Source: Piromyces finnis finn (taxonomy: Eukaryota; Fungi; Neocallimastigomycota). From it: DNA of 64,000 nucleotides. Under the pieces are notes generated by a model, which saw only the letters and a list, made by a program, of their open reading frames with translations, searched no databases and was not told the DNA's origin. Made by a program: the position numbers and the translations under genes. The DNA is taken from NCBI GenBank assembly GCA_002104945.1, contig MCFH01000022.1, positions 62,001-126,000 on the forward strand, read 5' to 3'. Every line of letters starts with the position of its first letter. Position 1 is the stretch's first letter. Positions 61,976 through 64,000 of the stretch are shown in pieces.

Positions 61976-64000
61976 TTATAAGTAATCTTTTCTCGAAGGA
62001 ATTTCAATTACAAATGGTTGGTATCTGTGCTTGATTAGATTACCAACTTTATTCTTTCTAATTTTCATGGAGGAGTCGTTCGACTTATATTTTGACTTTT
62101 TAGAGTTTCTTTCAAACTCTTGTATTAATTGTTTATCTGGAATCTGATCTTCAGAAATCCAAGTGGATTTGTCAAATCCTTTCCATGTTAACTTATAAAA
62201 TGTTTCACCATTAACAGATTTCATCTTTTCAATTTTCTCTGGAATTTTTTCAATTAAATCTGTGTTAAGGTGAATGTTCCTCTTCCTACGATTAGACCTG
62301 TCGTTAAACTTGTTTTCAAAGTATGGTTCTAACAATGAAACATGAAAGACTGGATGACATCTCATTGTCTTTGGATATTTCAATTTGAAAGCGAGAGAAC
62401 TAACTTTTCCAATTATCTCAAATGGGCCAAGCATTTGAGGTGCTAATTTTCTCTTTAGGTTAGTTCCAGGAGAATCTTTCAATAACCATACCTTCTTTCC
62501 CACTTCGAACTCCGGGGGAATCATTCTCTTCATATCGGCATATTTCTTATATGTTTCTTTTGCTTTTTCTAAGTTTTCTTTTAATAATTTAAAGTTTTCA
62601 TTCATATCAATTACTCTTTGTTCAGCTCTACTAGGTCTATCATTAGCTGGAATTTCTAAGCTGAACTTTGGATGAAAACCATAATTAGCAAAGATTGGAG
62701 ATTGATTTATAGATTGTTGTAAAGTATTATTATATGCAAATTCAGCAAATGGGATAAGATCAACCCAGTTATTCTGCTTTTTATTTATAAAACAACGGAA
62801 ATATTGTTCTAATATGCCGTTCACCCTCTCCGTTTGACCATCTGTCTGCGGATGGTTGGCAGTTGATAATGAATGATTGATATTAAGAAGGTCACAAAGT
62901 CTTGACCAAAAGTCAGAAGTAAATTGCGAGCCTCTATCAGAAATGATGGAATCAGGAAGACCATGCAAACGGAAGACATTAGCAATAAAAGCATCAGCAG
63001 CAATCGAAGCAGTAGGAAGACAACGTAAAGGAATGGCGTGAGCAAATTTAGTAAATCTATCGACAACAACCATGAGAGTTGTCATATCTCTGGACTTAGG
63101 AAGATCAACAATAAAATCAATAGAAATATCAGACCAGGGCCTACTGGGAGTGTCCAAAGGGGATAACAATCCATAAGGCTTATGTCTGGGGACTTTGGAT
63201 TTGCAACAAGTCACGCAAGATTTGATAAAAGATTTAACGTCTGAATGAAACCTTGGCCACCAAAAGTTTCTGGAAATCAGTTCAGTGGTTTTCTTAATAC
63301 CGAAATTACCAGCAGCAACAGAATCATGATGAAGTTCCAAAACTCTTGTCCTAAGAGATTTAGAAACATAAATAAGATTATTATATAACAAAAATCCCTC
63401 GTTATCAATAATAACTTTATCAATATTTTTAATAGGTGCATTACATGCAGAACCATTCATTTTAAATTGGACAATAGAATTATACAAATCGTCATTTTTA
63501 AGTTCTAATAAAATAGAATCGATTAACGGTTTGTTATCGCTATGATGAAACGAAATAGTAAGACAAGAAACATCAGAATTAATATTATTCTCTAAATGGT
63601 CACTTCTACGAGACAGGATATCAGGCTTACCGGATTTCTTTCCAGTTCTATAAATGAGTTTAAAATCAAATCTGGATAAGAACAAATTCCATCTAATTTG
63701 TCTCTGAGATAACATTTCAGGTTTTCTAGGAAATGTTAAATTCTTGTGATCAGTATAAATTATGAACGGATGGTGTGCACCTTCTAAATAATGACGCCAT
63801 TCTTCAAGAGCAACCACAATAGCCAAAAGTTCCTTGTCATATATAGGATAGTTTCTTTGACAACTCGTCAAACTTTTAGAAAGAAATGCAATAGGATGTA
63901 ATTTGCCATCAAATTCTTGAGAGAGAATAGCACCGACAGCATAATTACTAGCATCAGTTTCCACAATAAATTGTTTATTACTATCCGCATGTTTCAGAAT
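61976..64000 (-). CDS. Element G pol, 3' part (RNase H, IN, degenerate chromo-like); continues beyond the window
   Basis: ETDASNYAVGAILSQ, DDE core and GPF are present. The second His of the integrase HHCC motif is Asn (AAGNFG), so it may be defective. PPT AGAGAGAGAGAT then an LTR starting TGTAAAG at 61939 (minus strand). Confidence 0.88.
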   Translation of the reverse strand: MLKHADSNKQFIVETDASNYAVGAILSQEFDGKLHPIAFLSKSLTSCQRNYPIYDKELLAIVVALEEWRHYLEGAHHPFIIYTDHKNLTFPRKPEMLSQRQIRWNLFLSRFDFKLIYRTGKKSGKPDILSRRSDHLENNINSDVSCLTISFHHSDNKPLIDSILLELKNDDLYNSIVQFKMNGSACNAPIKNIDKVIIDNEGFLLYNNLIYVSKSLRTRVLELHHDSVAAGNFGIKKTTELISRNFWWPRFHSDVKSFIKSCVTCCKSKVPRHKPYGLLSPLDTPSRPWSDISIDFIVDLPKSRDMTTLMVVVDRFTKFAHAIPLRCLPTASIAADAFIANVFRLHGLPDSIISDRGSQFTSDFWSRLCDLLNINHSLSTANHPQTDGQTERVNGILEQYFRCFINKKQNNWVDLIPFAEFAYNNTLQQSINQSPIFANYGFHPKFSLEIPANDRPSRAEQRVIDMNENFKLLKENLEKAKETYKKYADMKRMIPPEFEVGKKVWLLKDSPGTNLKRKLAPQMLGPFEIIGKVSSLAFKLKYPKTMRCHPVFHVSLLEPYFENKFNDRSNRRKRNIHLNTDLIEKIPEKIEKMKSVNGETFYKLTWKGFDKSTWISEDQIPDKQLIQEFERNSKKSKYKSNDSSMKIRKNKVGNLIKHRYQPFVIEIPSRKDYL

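Overview
Very AT-rich eukaryotic DNA, most likely from an anaerobic gut fungus (Neocallimastigomycota), inferred from an intronless gene carrying five fungal CBM10-type dockerins. Most of the window is a nested Ty3/Gypsy (chromovirus) LTR-retrotransposon landscape. It holds two structurally intact elements with 5-bp target-site duplications (TSDs): A at 25886-33426 and C at 35984-42112. It also holds several decayed elements (B, D, F, G and one at the left edge) and many solo LTRs. Letters A-H are my own labels. A 1.4-kb block with tRNA-Ala(TGC), tRNA-Thr(TGT) and tRNA-Gly(TCC) occurs twice, about 50.9 kb apart. The top candidate for novelty is a 12.76-kb insertion (4922-17677) bounded by a perfect 48-bp direct repeat. 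It splits a TSD-bounded solo LTR in two. It carries large-DNA-virus-type transcription genes (a C-terminally truncated RPB1 and a minimal TFIIS-like zinc ribbon, plus an orphan weakly resembling VETF-L) interleaved with host-type secreted genes (PI-PLC/ricin/dockerin and a Cys-rich membrane protein). A second system is suggested by the LTR geometry: Tf1-like self-priming with covarying primer/PBS pairs, orientation-specific insertion about 60-67 bp upstream of Pol III promoters (including a tRNA-like A/B box inside another family's LTR), and solo LTRs stacked on one shared TSD. All calls come from reading the sequence by eye; no database search or alignment was run.
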